A program made the translations under genes and the position numbers. A stretch of 64,000 nucleotides of DNA from Pseudobdellovibrionaceae bacterium (GTDB lineage: Bacteria > Bdellovibrionota > Bdellovibrionia > Bdellovibrionales > Bdellovibrionaceae). The notes under the pieces are model-generated. The model was not told the origin of the DNA and did not search any database. It worked only from the letters and a program-made list of their open reading frames with translations. Of the stretch, positions 46,574-55,983 are shown in pieces. How positions within the stretch are numbered: the first letter of the stretch is position 1; the number at the start of each line of letters is the position of its first letter. The DNA is taken from positions 50,253 through 114,252 of the forward strand of contig JABWCN010000002.1 in assembly GCA_013359135.1 (NCBI GenBank). Reading direction: 5' to 3'.

Positions 46574-47458
46574 ATGAGTGACAAAAAAGATGAGCTGATT
46601 CAAAAACTTCAAGATGAGTTGAATGAGAGTAGAGCTGAATTATCTATTTATAAAAATAGAGTTAAGCAGTTAAATGTGGAGTTAGAAAAAATTATAAATA
46701 ATATCGGCCGTGATTTGCAAAACACACTAAAACTGCAAAAGCTTCTTTCTCCGACAGAAATACCTAAAATTTCAGGGTTTGAGATCAGTTCCAAATTTAT
46801 TCCTGGAGAGAAAAAAGGTAGTAATTACTTTGATATCTTTGATCATAGTGACAAGCTGAAGTTCAGCTTGTTACTTACAAGTTGTTCAGGATACTCTATT
46901 TCTTCTTTATTACTATCTGTATTGATGAAACTAACAGGTTCCGTCGAAGCTAAAAGAGGAACTTCACCACAGCAATTAATTAATAAAGTCTACAGTGAAC
47001 TTAAAGATTTTATGAGTGACGAAGATAAAGTCTCCATATTTTATGGAACTGTAGATAAACGAGATTATCTGTTTAATTATGCTTCAGCAGGAAGTTTTTT
47101 AGCTTATCATCAGCTTCATGATAGAGAAGTCTTACAGAAGTTAAGTTGCCAAAATCCCGCGCTTGATAAAAGGTTTAACACAGAGTTGCAATTAAACACT
47201 TTAAGTTTGGGTTCCAAGGATAGACTTATTTTAATGACTGATGGAATTTTATTGAACCACAATTCAAAAAAAAATCCATGGAATGAGGAAGAATTGAAAG
47301 AAAGTATTTTGGGAGCCCCAAGAAAAGGTGTGCATGAAGTTCGAAATGAGATTTTATTTCAAAATGAAAAATTCTTAGGTACAGATGAAAGAGATTTTGA
47401 TGTCACAGTTCTTATCACTGAAGTCAAGGATGCTGTCATAAAACTTGCGACAGAGTGA
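46574..47458 (+). CDS. PP2C-family (SpoIIE/RsbU-like) serine phosphatase with an N-terminal coiled coil
   Basis: GEKKGSNYFDIFD (the GDYYD-type metal site), LMTDGI and a terminal DERDFDVTVL, matching SpoIIE-domain motifs. Confidence 0.6.
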   Translation: MSDKKDELIQKLQDELNESRAELSIYKNRVKQLNVELEKIINNIGRDLQNTLKLQKLLSPTEIPKISGFEISSKFIPGEKKGSNYFDIFDHSDKLKFSLLLTSCSGYSISSLLLSVLMKLTGSVEAKRGTSPQQLINKVYSELKDFMSDEDKVSIFYGTVDKRDYLFNYASAGSFLAYHQLHDREVLQKLSCQNPALDKRFNTELQLNTLSLGSKDRLILMTDGILLNHNSKKNPWNEEELKESILGAPRKGVHEVRNEILFQNEKFLGTDERDFDVTVLITEVKDAVIKLATE

Positions 47459-47582
47459 CAACTTTGTTATTTTACTTTCAGAGTCTTTTTGGTAGGACTA
47501 GATAAAAAACTAACTTTAGTGAATAAAAAATAGAATTAAAGATCTAGAAATATAAAACAGCTAATTGATAAGAAAGGTAATT

Positions 47583-48725
47583 ATGGCTACAGAAGTGCAA
47601 AATTATGAAGGAGCATTAGATAAGGGTTTAGAAGGAGTTGTTGCCTGTACGACATCAGTTTCATCTATTATTGAGAATACATTAAATTTTAGAGGCTACA
47701 CTATTGAAGATTTATCACAAAATGCATCTTTTGAAGAAGTGGTCTACTTGCTTTGGAATGACAAACTTCCTAATAAATCTGAACTAGCTGCTTTTAGAGC
47801 TGATTTAGACAAAGAGATGAAACTAGATGCAGCCTTTATTCAAGTTTTAAAAGGTATTCCAACTAAAGTTCATCCTATGGCTTGGCTAAGATCAGCAGTC
47901 TCTTTATTAGCTCATTGGGATGTGGATGCTAATGACAATTCGCACGCAGCGAACTTGAGAAAGTCTCTTAAATTAACCGCTAAAATGAGCTCTATCGTGT
48001 GCGCATACGATGCTATAAGAAATGGTAAAGATCCTGTACAACCAGTTGCAGGTAAATCAATTGCTTGGAACTTCATGTATATGCTTGGTGGGGGAAAAGA
48101 GCCCGATGCTGAGTTAGTTAAAATTTTTGATACTTGTTTAGTTTTGCACGCTGATCATGAATTAAACTGTTCTGCATTTGCAACTAGGGTTACAGCCTCT
48201 TCATTGTCTGACTTGCATTCAGCAGTAGTTTCTGCAATTGGAGCCTTGAAAGGTCCACTTCATGGTGGTGCCAATGAACAAGTCATTCTTATGTTGAAAA
48301 AAATTGGTACTTTAGAAAAAGCACAACAATTTGTTAAAGATGCTTTAGATGCTAAAGAAAAAGTAATGGGAATAGGACACAGAGTCTATAAAAATGGTGA
48401 TCCACGAGCGGCTTTATTAAGAAAATTTTCAGAAAAATTGACTCAAAAAATTGGAGAGCCACAATGGTATCAAATGTCTTCATTAATTGATGATACTATG
48501 TACAAGGAAAAAGGTTTAATGCCAAATGTCGATTTTTATTCTGCTACTGTTTACTATTCTATGAAAATACCAACTGATTTATTTACTCCTGTGTTTGCTA
48601 TTTCTAGAATTGCTGGATGGTGTGCTCATGCTTTTGAGCAATACGCAAACAACAGAATTTATCGTCCACGTGGAAAATGGAATGGTAAAAATGGTTTAAA
48701 ATGGCAAGATTTAGATAAACGATAA
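47583..48725 (+). CDS. gltA: citrate synthase
   Basis: GIGHRVYK and the HGGANE catalytic His region. The start is ATG 47583 with a GAAAGG RBS; the track ORF begins at 47565. Confidence 0.9.
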   Translation: MATEVQNYEGALDKGLEGVVACTTSVSSIIENTLNFRGYTIEDLSQNASFEEVVYLLWNDKLPNKSELAAFRADLDKEMKLDAAFIQVLKGIPTKVHPMAWLRSAVSLLAHWDVDANDNSHAANLRKSLKLTAKMSSIVCAYDAIRNGKDPVQPVAGKSIAWNFMYMLGGGKEPDAELVKIFDTCLVLHADHELNCSAFATRVTASSLSDLHSAVVSAIGALKGPLHGGANEQVILMLKKIGTLEKAQQFVKDALDAKEKVMGIGHRVYKNGDPRAALLRKFSEKLTQKIGEPQWYQMSSLIDDTMYKEKGLMPNVDFYSATVYYSMKIPTDLFTPVFAISRIAGWCAHAFEQYANNRIYRPRGKWNGKNGLKWQDLDKR

Positions 48726-48742
48726 TCTATTAAGGAAAACAT

Positions 48743-49144
48743 ATGGCTAGTGTATTTACTAAAATTATTAATGGGGATTTACCTTGTTATAAAATCTTCG
48801 AAGATGATTTAACGCTTTCTTTTTTAGCGATAGACCAAGTGACAGAGGGGCATACCTTGGTTATTCCAAAGATGGAAGTGAATCACTGGCTAGATGTTCC
48901 AGAAGAGATTTATTTAAAGATCCACGCTAATTCTCAAAAAATTGGTAAAGCGGTTAAGCTTTTTACCAAGGCAGAACGAATACTAACTGTGGCCGTGGGG
49001 TTTGAAGTGCCCCACTATCACTTACATTTGATTCCAGCATGGTCTATGGGTGATTTGGATTTTAAAAAAGGCAAAAGATTAGATCCTCAAGAAATGGAAA
49101 GAATCCAAAAAGGTATTGTCGCTCAATTAAAAGCTATTGGATAA
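48743..49144 (+). CDS. HIT-family (histidine triad) hydrolase
   Basis: VPHYHLHLIP histidine triad. Confidence 0.85.
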   Translation: MASVFTKIINGDLPCYKIFEDDLTLSFLAIDQVTEGHTLVIPKMEVNHWLDVPEEIYLKIHANSQKIGKAVKLFTKAERILTVAVGFEVPHYHLHLIPAWSMGDLDFKKGKRLDPQEMERIQKGIVAQLKAIG

Positions 49145-49145
49145 G

Positions 49146-50612
49146 CTAGTGATTTTCAATATAAGGGAAGCTATTTCCCTCATCTAGTCTCCAAATATAT
49201 TTAAAGTCCCAGTCTTTATAAGTTTTTTTCGATTTAAATGACTCTTCTTCTAGAGGAGTACCAAATGAGTTGGTGCAGTTCGAACAGGAGCCTTCGGCAA
49301 GGTAGAAGGATTGATTTAAATCGATGAGAAAATTTTCTTTATTGCCAATAATAGGTCCACCAGAGGTATTTCTTGCTAGTTGAATTGATGAAATTGCAAA
49401 TGAACTTTGGATAAGTGAGTTATTGCTTTTCAGGCTACCAACTAGGCCACCGATATTTTGAGTACCTTCAATTGTACCCCAAAAAAATGAGTTAATTACA
49501 CTAGATTTTAAAAGACTGCTAGATTTTATCGTACCTATTAGTCCACCAATGCTCTCTTGATTTGAGTTATCTATGTTGATATTGGATTTTGAGAATAAAT
49601 TTTCCATAAATGTGTTTTCAGCTTTTCCAATAACTCCTCCAACATCCTTTGCGTTTCCAGTAATTAAAAGTTGAACTACAACTTTTTTTATTTCTCCTTG
49701 ATACGATTCGGCGATCAGACCTCCAACAGTGGAAAACTCATTATCACTAAATAGTTTTCCTTGAATAAGAATATTTTCTAAGTAAAAAGGTTTCAGTCCA
49801 ATCGCAGTACATACGAGTCCTGATAATTTGGAAGTAGACTTTGAATTATTTAAGGATGAAAACTCAACTTCTTGTAGAGTTAAGTTTTTAATAACTCCAC
49901 CATTAATAAATGGAAAGAGACAAACATTTTCATCTGTTGTTCTAAGCTGTAAATTTAAAAGAAAATGATTGTCTCCCTCTAGAGCTCCTGTAAAACTCCA
50001 AGAGTTCATTGCAAATATGGGTTTAAAGTTATTTGTATTGGTCTGCCCAACATCCAAAAAATCAATATCCTTGGCGAGAATATTATCGTTACTTAAGTCC
50101 ATAGATAAAAATTGTTCTTTATTATAAATAAAGATTGGTGACCCTCTAGAGGAGTTTGCCTTATAGATGATGGTTTCATCATATAAATCAGCTTGAGAAG
50201 CTCTTATATAGCGTGAAAGTCCTCGAATATTTATAAAGTAAGGTGTGTATTGGGTGTAATTGATAGTGACAGCAAAAGTGTTGTTAATGCAGTCAACTTT
50301 TATGGGTTGATCTATGTCACCACTAATGACTACTTGACCTTTTTGTGACTGACAATAGCCGGTTAAGCTCCAGCTTTGATTTTCAAATAGAACTCGATTT
50401 TTAACATCAGATTTATGATTAGATTTAAAAGAGAATTTTAATGTCTTAGGGTTGTCTTCATCTGAAGTATTAGGATTTTCAATTTGAGTTTCGTGTCGAG
50501 AATCATCGAGAATAATTCCCACGCTACTAATTTCTGCAGTAAAAGAACAGCCCCATAGAGCAAATAGAAAAATTGTTATTAGTGGTTTTAAAATGTAATT
50601 AATTGGTATCAC
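49146..50612 (-). CDS. secreted beta-helix protein with multiple GLUG-type (GGLxG) repeats
   Basis: Signal peptide. Recurring (I/V)GG(L/V)(I/V)G(S/T/K) units (IGGLIGT, IGGLVGS, VGGVIGK, VGGLIAES) spaced about 20-25 aa apart in the C-terminal half. Confidence 0.5.
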   Translation of the reverse strand: MIPINYILKPLITIFLFALWGCSFTAEISSVGIILDDSRHETQIENPNTSDEDNPKTLKFSFKSNHKSDVKNRVLFENQSWSLTGYCQSQKGQVVISGDIDQPIKVDCINNTFAVTINYTQYTPYFINIRGLSRYIRASQADLYDETIIYKANSSRGSPIFIYNKEQFLSMDLSNDNILAKDIDFLDVGQTNTNNFKPIFAMNSWSFTGALEGDNHFLLNLQLRTTDENVCLFPFINGGVIKNLTLQEVEFSSLNNSKSTSKLSGLVCTAIGLKPFYLENILIQGKLFSDNEFSTVGGLIAESYQGEIKKVVVQLLITGNAKDVGGVIGKAENTFMENLFSKSNINIDNSNQESIGGLIGTIKSSSLLKSSVINSFFWGTIEGTQNIGGLVGSLKSNNSLIQSSFAISSIQLARNTSGGPIIGNKENFLIDLNQSFYLAEGSCSNCTNSFGTPLEEESFKSKKTYKDWDFKYIWRLDEGNSFPYIENH

Positions 50613-50756
50613 TGTAAGTAATGGTTCGGATTTCTGATAAATGACTTTATGAGCTAGACTTTGGCCTCTCTCAAAATAAGACAGTTAATAAATATTAACA
50701 CTCAGCTTAGTGAAAAAGTTTTAGAAGTTAAGTCTTAACCCGATAGGTAAATACCA

Positions 50757-51221
50757 TTGATGAAACAATTTTATTTATATCCAGGACAGTTATCAGTATT
50801 TAAAGAGGAAACCGTAGTTTCAACTCTTTTGGGTAGTTGTGTGGCCGTTGCTCTTTATGATGAAACAACAAAGGTTGCAGGACTAAATCATTTTTTATTA
50901 CCTGAGCCTACGCCTTTTGATAGTCTTTCTCCGCGCTATGGAACCTATGCCATTGCTCAGCTTATTAAAGAGTTAGAAGGATTGGGAGCAAATACGCATC
51001 GGTTAAAGGCTAAGATATACGGTGGTGCTAATGTTATAAATAATGTTCTTTCGGGGCCATCAATTGGCGAGCTAAATATCAAAAAAGCCGAAAAAATATT
51101 AAATCACTTACGAATTCCTATTGTTGAAAAAAATGTGGGTGGGAATAAGGCAAGAACAATAAAGTTAAACACCTATACTTTTGAGGTAGTTCTCCGATTT
51201 AATGATAAGAATGCCGCTTAG
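50757..51221 (+). CDS. cheD: chemoreceptor glutamine deamidase CheD
   Basis: VSTLLGSCVAVALYD...GLNHFLLP and the C-terminal NVGGN motif. Confidence 0.7.
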   Translation: MMKQFYLYPGQLSVFKEETVVSTLLGSCVAVALYDETTKVAGLNHFLLPEPTPFDSLSPRYGTYAIAQLIKELEGLGANTHRLKAKIYGGANVINNVLSGPSIGELNIKKAEKILNHLRIPIVEKNVGGNKARTIKLNTYTFEVVLRFNDKNAA

Positions 51222-51248
51222 ATTTTTATTTTTGAAATAGTCAGTGCC

Positions 51249-51863
51249 CTATAACTTTAAGTGATTACGGGGACATTTTTGTTTTAAAAAGCAGTTTTCA
51301 CAATCTGGATTTCTTGCTTTACAATGTCTTCGTCCATGAAAAATTAAGTAATGGGAAAGCATAATCCATTCTTTTTTTTCAAATAACTTTTGAAGATCTA
51401 ATTCAATTTTCTCTGGTGTTTTATTTTTACTAAAACCTAAGCGTTGGCTTAAGCGACTTACATGGGTATCCACAACAACACCATTAGGAATATTGAAAGC
51501 AACCCCCAAAACCACATTTGCTGTTTTTCTTCCAACACCAGGTAACGTTATCAAACTGTCAATATTTGGAGGAACCTTCGAATTGAAGTTCTGCACTAAT
51601 AATTGGCAACAGGCTTTGATATTTTTAGCTTTATTTTTATAAAATCCGGTTGGTCTTATCCACTTTTCAAGGTCAGTTAAAGAGGCTTCGGCTATGTGGT
51701 GTGGAGTTGGAAACTTTTTAAAAAGCGCTAGAGTCACTTTGTTCACTCTTTCATCAGTGCATTGCGCAGATAGAATGGTAGCAATTAGTAATTCAAAGGA
51801 ATTACTATGATTTAGCTCACAATGGGCATCGGGATAGTGTTTTTTAATAAGTTTAAGAGTCAA
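51249..51863 (-). CDS. nth: endonuclease III
   Basis: HhH-GPD (LPGVGRKTANVVL) and 4Fe-4S loop CKARNPDCENCFLKQKC. Confidence 0.9.
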   Translation of the reverse strand: MTLKLIKKHYPDAHCELNHSNSFELLIATILSAQCTDERVNKVTLALFKKFPTPHHIAEASLTDLEKWIRPTGFYKNKAKNIKACCQLLVQNFNSKVPPNIDSLITLPGVGRKTANVVLGVAFNIPNGVVVDTHVSRLSQRLGFSKNKTPEKIELDLQKLFEKKEWIMLSHYLIFHGRRHCKARNPDCENCFLKQKCPRNHLKL

Positions 51864-51893
51864 ATGGGGTTTAGGGTCGGCCTTGTAAATAAA

Positions 51894-52136
51894 TTACCCC
51901 TCTTTGTCGCCAAAATCACCGATGGCTTCTACTGGACAGCCTTTGAGAGCCTCTTCACAGGCTGCAACCTCAGCAGGGTTGGTAGGCTGTTTTTTTACAA
52001 ATGCATGTCCATCTTCTTCATGCATAGCAAAATTTTCAGGAGCAGATAAAACGCAGGCATCACAGGCAATACAGGATTGATCAACGAATATTTTTCCAGG
52101 GACATTGTCTTTCCATTTTTGTGATAAATCAGCCAT
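51894..52136 (-). CDS. single-cluster ferredoxin
   Basis: CIACDAC ... CP motif. The likely start is MADLSQ (52136) rather than the track start at 52166. Confidence 0.7.
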   Translation of the reverse strand: MADLSQKWKDNVPGKIFVDQSCIACDACVLSAPENFAMHEEDGHAFVKKQPTNPAEVAACEEALKGCPVEAIGDFGDKEG

Positions 52137-52323
52137 ACGAACTCCTTTTTTGTGGACCAAGGTCATCTTTATCTTATTTTTTGAGTGAAGTCTAGGCTAC
52201 AAGTAGAATTTACTTTATCACCAAAGTCTCAGGACTGGAGTCTTATAAATGTCGTAAAAATTCTATTTCTTAGCTCTGATCCAAATTTGTTGGTTATACT
52301 GTGATTATTAAGGGAGATACCAT

Positions 52324-53418
52324 ATGTTGGAAGGTCCTAAGAATCCAAGTGATAAGGAATTCAGTAAGGTTTTGGATTTTTTAAACAAAAGCTTACGTAA
52401 AGATTGCAGTTGGTCGATTGATAAAGAGTATCCGACGGCTTTAAATTTAAACAATCGCCATAATATGAACATAGTATGGGATGATCAAAACATTGTTTCC
52501 CACGCCGTTTTAAAACCACTTATAATTAAATCACCGCACGTGATCTATAAATTGGGAGCCATAGGCTCAGTTGTGACTGATGAAAATTACAGAAATCAAG
52601 GGTGGTCTACAAAAATTATTCAAAAATGCAATCAACTAGCTTTAGAGCAAAGTTGTGATGTGACAATATTGTGGACCAATCTGTATGAGTTCTATCAGAA
52701 AATGGGTTTCGAGCTTGCAGGCTATGAAATGTCTTTCGTTATTGATAAAGATTTTAGCTATGACAGAACGCTCTTCCGTTATTCATCTGAAAAAAATATT
52801 TCACCTGAGGCTATTGCCAAACTCTATTCACAACATACGGTTTCAACTGTGAGAACAATTGAAGAAATTAGGAAATTTATTCAAATTCCAAACACTCACC
52901 TTTATACGGCATGGAATTCTCAAGGAAATTTAGCCGCCTATGCTGTTGAAGGTAAAGGTATAGATTTACAAAATTATATCCATGAATGGGGAGGTAGTGT
53001 TCCTGCGATTGTAAATTTACTGGGATATATTAAAGATCAAAAGCCTAGTGGATTTACTTTTATTAGTCCAAAGACTTCAGTCAATTTGAATAGTAAATTA
53101 ATAGAGCTTTCAACTATTAGTAATGTAGGCTATTTGGGAATGATCAAAATTATCAATTTTGATCAGCTATCACAAAAAATAAAAAAGGCATTTAGAAATT
53201 TAGGTGTTAGCGATATTGTTCTGGAAAAACATGCGGATTATTATTTATTTGGCTGTGGACAGGATCTATGCACGTTGCAAAAAGAAAGTGAGTTGGTTCA
53301 GCTTCTATTTGGTCCTGTTGAGTTTTCAGAACTAAATGTATTTCAAACGAACACAATTGAAAAATTAAAACTGATTCTTCCGCTTCCTTTTTGGGTTTGG
53401 GGATGGGATTCAATATGA
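52324..53418 (+). CDS. GNAT-family N-acetyltransferase with a C-terminal extension
   Basis: GNAT motif A region GSVVTDENYRNQGWSTKIIQKCNQLALEQ. The C-terminal about 180 aa is unassigned. Confidence 0.5.
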   Translation: MLEGPKNPSDKEFSKVLDFLNKSLRKDCSWSIDKEYPTALNLNNRHNMNIVWDDQNIVSHAVLKPLIIKSPHVIYKLGAIGSVVTDENYRNQGWSTKIIQKCNQLALEQSCDVTILWTNLYEFYQKMGFELAGYEMSFVIDKDFSYDRTLFRYSSEKNISPEAIAKLYSQHTVSTVRTIEEIRKFIQIPNTHLYTAWNSQGNLAAYAVEGKGIDLQNYIHEWGGSVPAIVNLLGYIKDQKPSGFTFISPKTSVNLNSKLIELSTISNVGYLGMIKIINFDQLSQKIKKAFRNLGVSDIVLEKHADYYLFGCGQDLCTLQKESELVQLLFGPVEFSELNVFQTNTIEKLKLILPLPFWVWGWDSI

Positions 53419-54221
53419 GCCTAAAATTTTTACTTAATATTTTATTATGTGTCACGTGTGTAGGTTTATTTAGCTGTCAGCAAAATAAAAAATTAGAGGA
53501 AGATTTAGGTGATAAAGTTGTCACTGAGGACTATCAGAAAGTCGTCATAGAGTCGTGGGGTGATACAGAGTTAACTCAAATGAAAAAGGGAGATACGGCT
53601 TCTATAGATAAACTTATAGGAATTAATAATGGAGCATTGAGGCCATTTTACCAAAAAAGTATGACGATCACTGATGTTGAAACAAAATCTGATGTTACAG
53701 ATTTTCATTTAGTCATTATGTCTAAAGAAAATGCTGATGGTGGAGAGGCAAAACTATCCACCAGAGAGCGTATTCTTACCATTAAAAATGATTCTCCAGC
53801 AAATTCCTCTGGCCAAGCATCTCAAAAAGATGCTGAGGATGAAATTCAAACGACTCCTTTTGAAAATTTTTTGTATGTAGTAAAACTTTGCAGTTATAGT
53901 TTTATTGAATGCTATAAGTTAAAAGTTGAAGACTTTAAGGAAGATCTTCCAATTGCAATGAAAAAAAGAAGTTGTGAAGGTTTTTCAGATTGCCAGTGGT
54001 CTGGAAAGAAAATTTCTATTGTCGTGAGAATGACTTCTAAAGATCAGCAAACGGGAGCAGAACAAAAAATTAATAATATTATTAGTTTTAAAATTGTAAA
54101 AAATATGCCCTATCTTTTCCGGATGGTAGAGTATTGTTTTGACGGATTATCTGAATACCAAAATCAAAAATTTCCAGTGAAAGTTTGTCAGTTTGTTACA
54201 GATTCACAACAAGGTAACTAG
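53391..54221 (+). CDS. lipoprotein, hypothetical
   Basis: Signal peptide with GLFSCQQN lipobox. I recognise no domain. Confidence 0.4.
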   Translation: MGLGMGFNMSLKFLLNILLCVTCVGLFSCQQNKKLEEDLGDKVVTEDYQKVVIESWGDTELTQMKKGDTASIDKLIGINNGALRPFYQKSMTITDVETKSDVTDFHLVIMSKENADGGEAKLSTRERILTIKNDSPANSSGQASQKDAEDEIQTTPFENFLYVVKLCSYSFIECYKLKVEDFKEDLPIAMKKRSCEGFSDCQWSGKKISIVVRMTSKDQQTGAEQKINNIISFKIVKNMPYLFRMVEYCFDGLSEYQNQKFPVKVCQFVTDSQQGN

Positions 54222-54327
54222 TCTTTATAGATGTTCAAATTAAGACGTTGTAAGCCATAAGTCTAATTTATTTCGATTTGATTGGATTTTCTAAATTTTT
54301 CTGAAATCACACCGAAGTAAATGGTAG

Positions 54328-54702
54328 ATGAATATCAAAAGTGTGATTCCAAACAATCTCATTTCTCCTATCAAAACTTTAGACAAAGTTGATAGGATGA
54401 TTAAGTCAGATTCAACTCATGACAGAGATGCCAACGGTCAACAAGCTTATGATCAAAATCAAAAACAACATGAGCCAATGACAGAAGAACAGCTTAAAGA
54501 GGCAATGGAACATCTTAAAAATTTGCCGTTCGTTAAAGAACACAAATGGCAAATACAACTTGTTGTTGAAGATGCTAAAAGATATGTCTTAGTTAAAGAT
54601 AATTTAGGAGAAGTCATAAGACGATTTCCTGAAATTGACCTATGGACCCTGCCAGTAGATCTCGAGGATCGTAGAGGTCAACTTCTTAAAAAGTCTGCTT
54701 AA
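54328..54702 (+). CDS. flaG: FlaG-like flagellar protein
   Basis: 124 aa. The C-terminal F.VKEHKWQIQLVVEDAKRYVLVKDNLGEVIRRFPEIDLWTL resembles the FlaG family pattern (...VxVxDxxTGEVIRQIP...). It has a poor SD. Confidence 0.45.
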   Translation: MNIKSVIPNNLISPIKTLDKVDRMIKSDSTHDRDANGQQAYDQNQKQHEPMTEEQLKEAMEHLKNLPFVKEHKWQIQLVVEDAKRYVLVKDNLGEVIRRFPEIDLWTLPVDLEDRRGQLLKKSA

Positions 54703-54764
54703 GTTGATTTTTTTCTGAAAATCTAAAATTTAATAAAAACTTCCTCTGCGGTATATGTAAACAG

Positions 54765-55760
54765 TTAAAAAGAATATCGCTTACTTTTTTGAGTCATAAA
54801 ATCTGCAATAATTTTACCTGCTCCACTGGGAACTCTCACGGTGTGGGATAAGACATTCCTTGGTACATAACCAATGACTAACTCAGAGTTTAACTCTTTG
54901 ATAGATTTTTTAGTAACTCCTAAAATCTCTGCTAACAGTTCAAGATCAGTTCCTCCAGGAACAGTCACATAGTCGTATTTTAGCGGATCTCTTTTTTCTA
55001 GGGAGCGAAATCCATACAAATTTGGAGCTTTGGTTATAAGCATTGCTGCTAAAATTTTAGGAACATAGTTTTGAGTTTCTTCAGGTAAAGCTTTTTTATG
55101 AATTAATGTCCAATAGTCTTTAGTTTTGTGTTTTTCAATTTGCCTTCTAAGGCCATTTTCACCCATGTTGTAGCTTGCTGCTACTAGGTACCAGGAGCCA
55201 AATTCGCCATACAAATCCTTAATGTACCTGATAGCAGCTTGTGTGCTTTTTCTGATATCTCTGCGTTCATCGAGCCACCAACTTTTTTTCAATCCATAAC
55301 GTTGAGCAGTTCCTTCGATAAATTGCCAAGGCCCAACAGCATCAGCAATACTCACAGCTGAAGACGAAAAACCTGATTCTATCATTACCATAAAAGCCAA
55401 ATCGGTAGGTAAGTTGGCATTTTGTAACTCATTTTGAATGAATGGTAAATATTTTGAAGAGCGTTCTAGCCACTGTCGAAACCATTTTGAGCCTTTAGTT
55501 TGAAAATAATGAACCCATTTAGAAACCTGTTTATTGTATGTAATCGGTAAATCGAAAATTAAAGCATTAGACTCTGAAGTTTTATTGTTTAGTGTTAATT
55601 CTTTCAACTTATTTTTTAGTGCTTCAGCTTCAGTGGTATTTTTTTGTTTCAAATAATCACTATTAATAACTGATTTTTTTTCAGAAAAATTTGAGGGCTC
55701 CTGAGAAGGAATAGCTCCCCAGGAGCAGATTGCAAAGAAGAAAACAAAAAAGCTTTTCAT
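54765..55760 (-). CDS. lytic transglycosylase (SLT domain, MltD-like), secreted
   Basis: Catalytic E-S motif MVMIESGFSSSAVSIADAVGPWQF. Size and arrangement are like the MltD catalytic module. It is divergent from flgF. Confidence 0.75.
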   Translation of the reverse strand: MKSFFVFFFAICSWGAIPSQEPSNFSEKKSVINSDYLKQKNTTEAEALKNKLKELTLNNKTSESNALIFDLPITYNKQVSKWVHYFQTKGSKWFRQWLERSSKYLPFIQNELQNANLPTDLAFMVMIESGFSSSAVSIADAVGPWQFIEGTAQRYGLKKSWWLDERRDIRKSTQAAIRYIKDLYGEFGSWYLVAASYNMGENGLRRQIEKHKTKDYWTLIHKKALPEETQNYVPKILAAMLITKAPNLYGFRSLEKRDPLKYDYVTVPGGTDLELLAEILGVTKKSIKELNSELVIGYVPRNVLSHTVRVPSGAGKIIADFMTQKSKRYSF

Positions 55761-55920
55761 ATTATTATTATTATCTATTTAAATGGCAACTAAGTTTAGA
55801 AAATCTTTTGACGGTCTGGTTTTAGTTATCGCCAAATTTCTTACAGGTTTAAAGACTGAACTGAATTGATTTAAAAGGATTTATTCAACATAAGATTTGT
55901 TTTTCTTAATAAGGTCTAGG

Positions 55921-55936
55921 TGGCCTTTAATTTGCT
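55921..55936 (+). promoter_or_regulatory. sigma-54 promoter (TGGCC-N6-TTGCT) for the flgF operon
   Basis: GG at 55922-55923 and GC at 55934-55935, with exact -24/-12 spacing. It is 48 bp upstream of the flgF ATG. Confidence 0.5.
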
Positions 55937-55983
55937 CATTTAAGTTCTTGTAAAGCATTAATAAACTATCAGTAAAGGATGTT

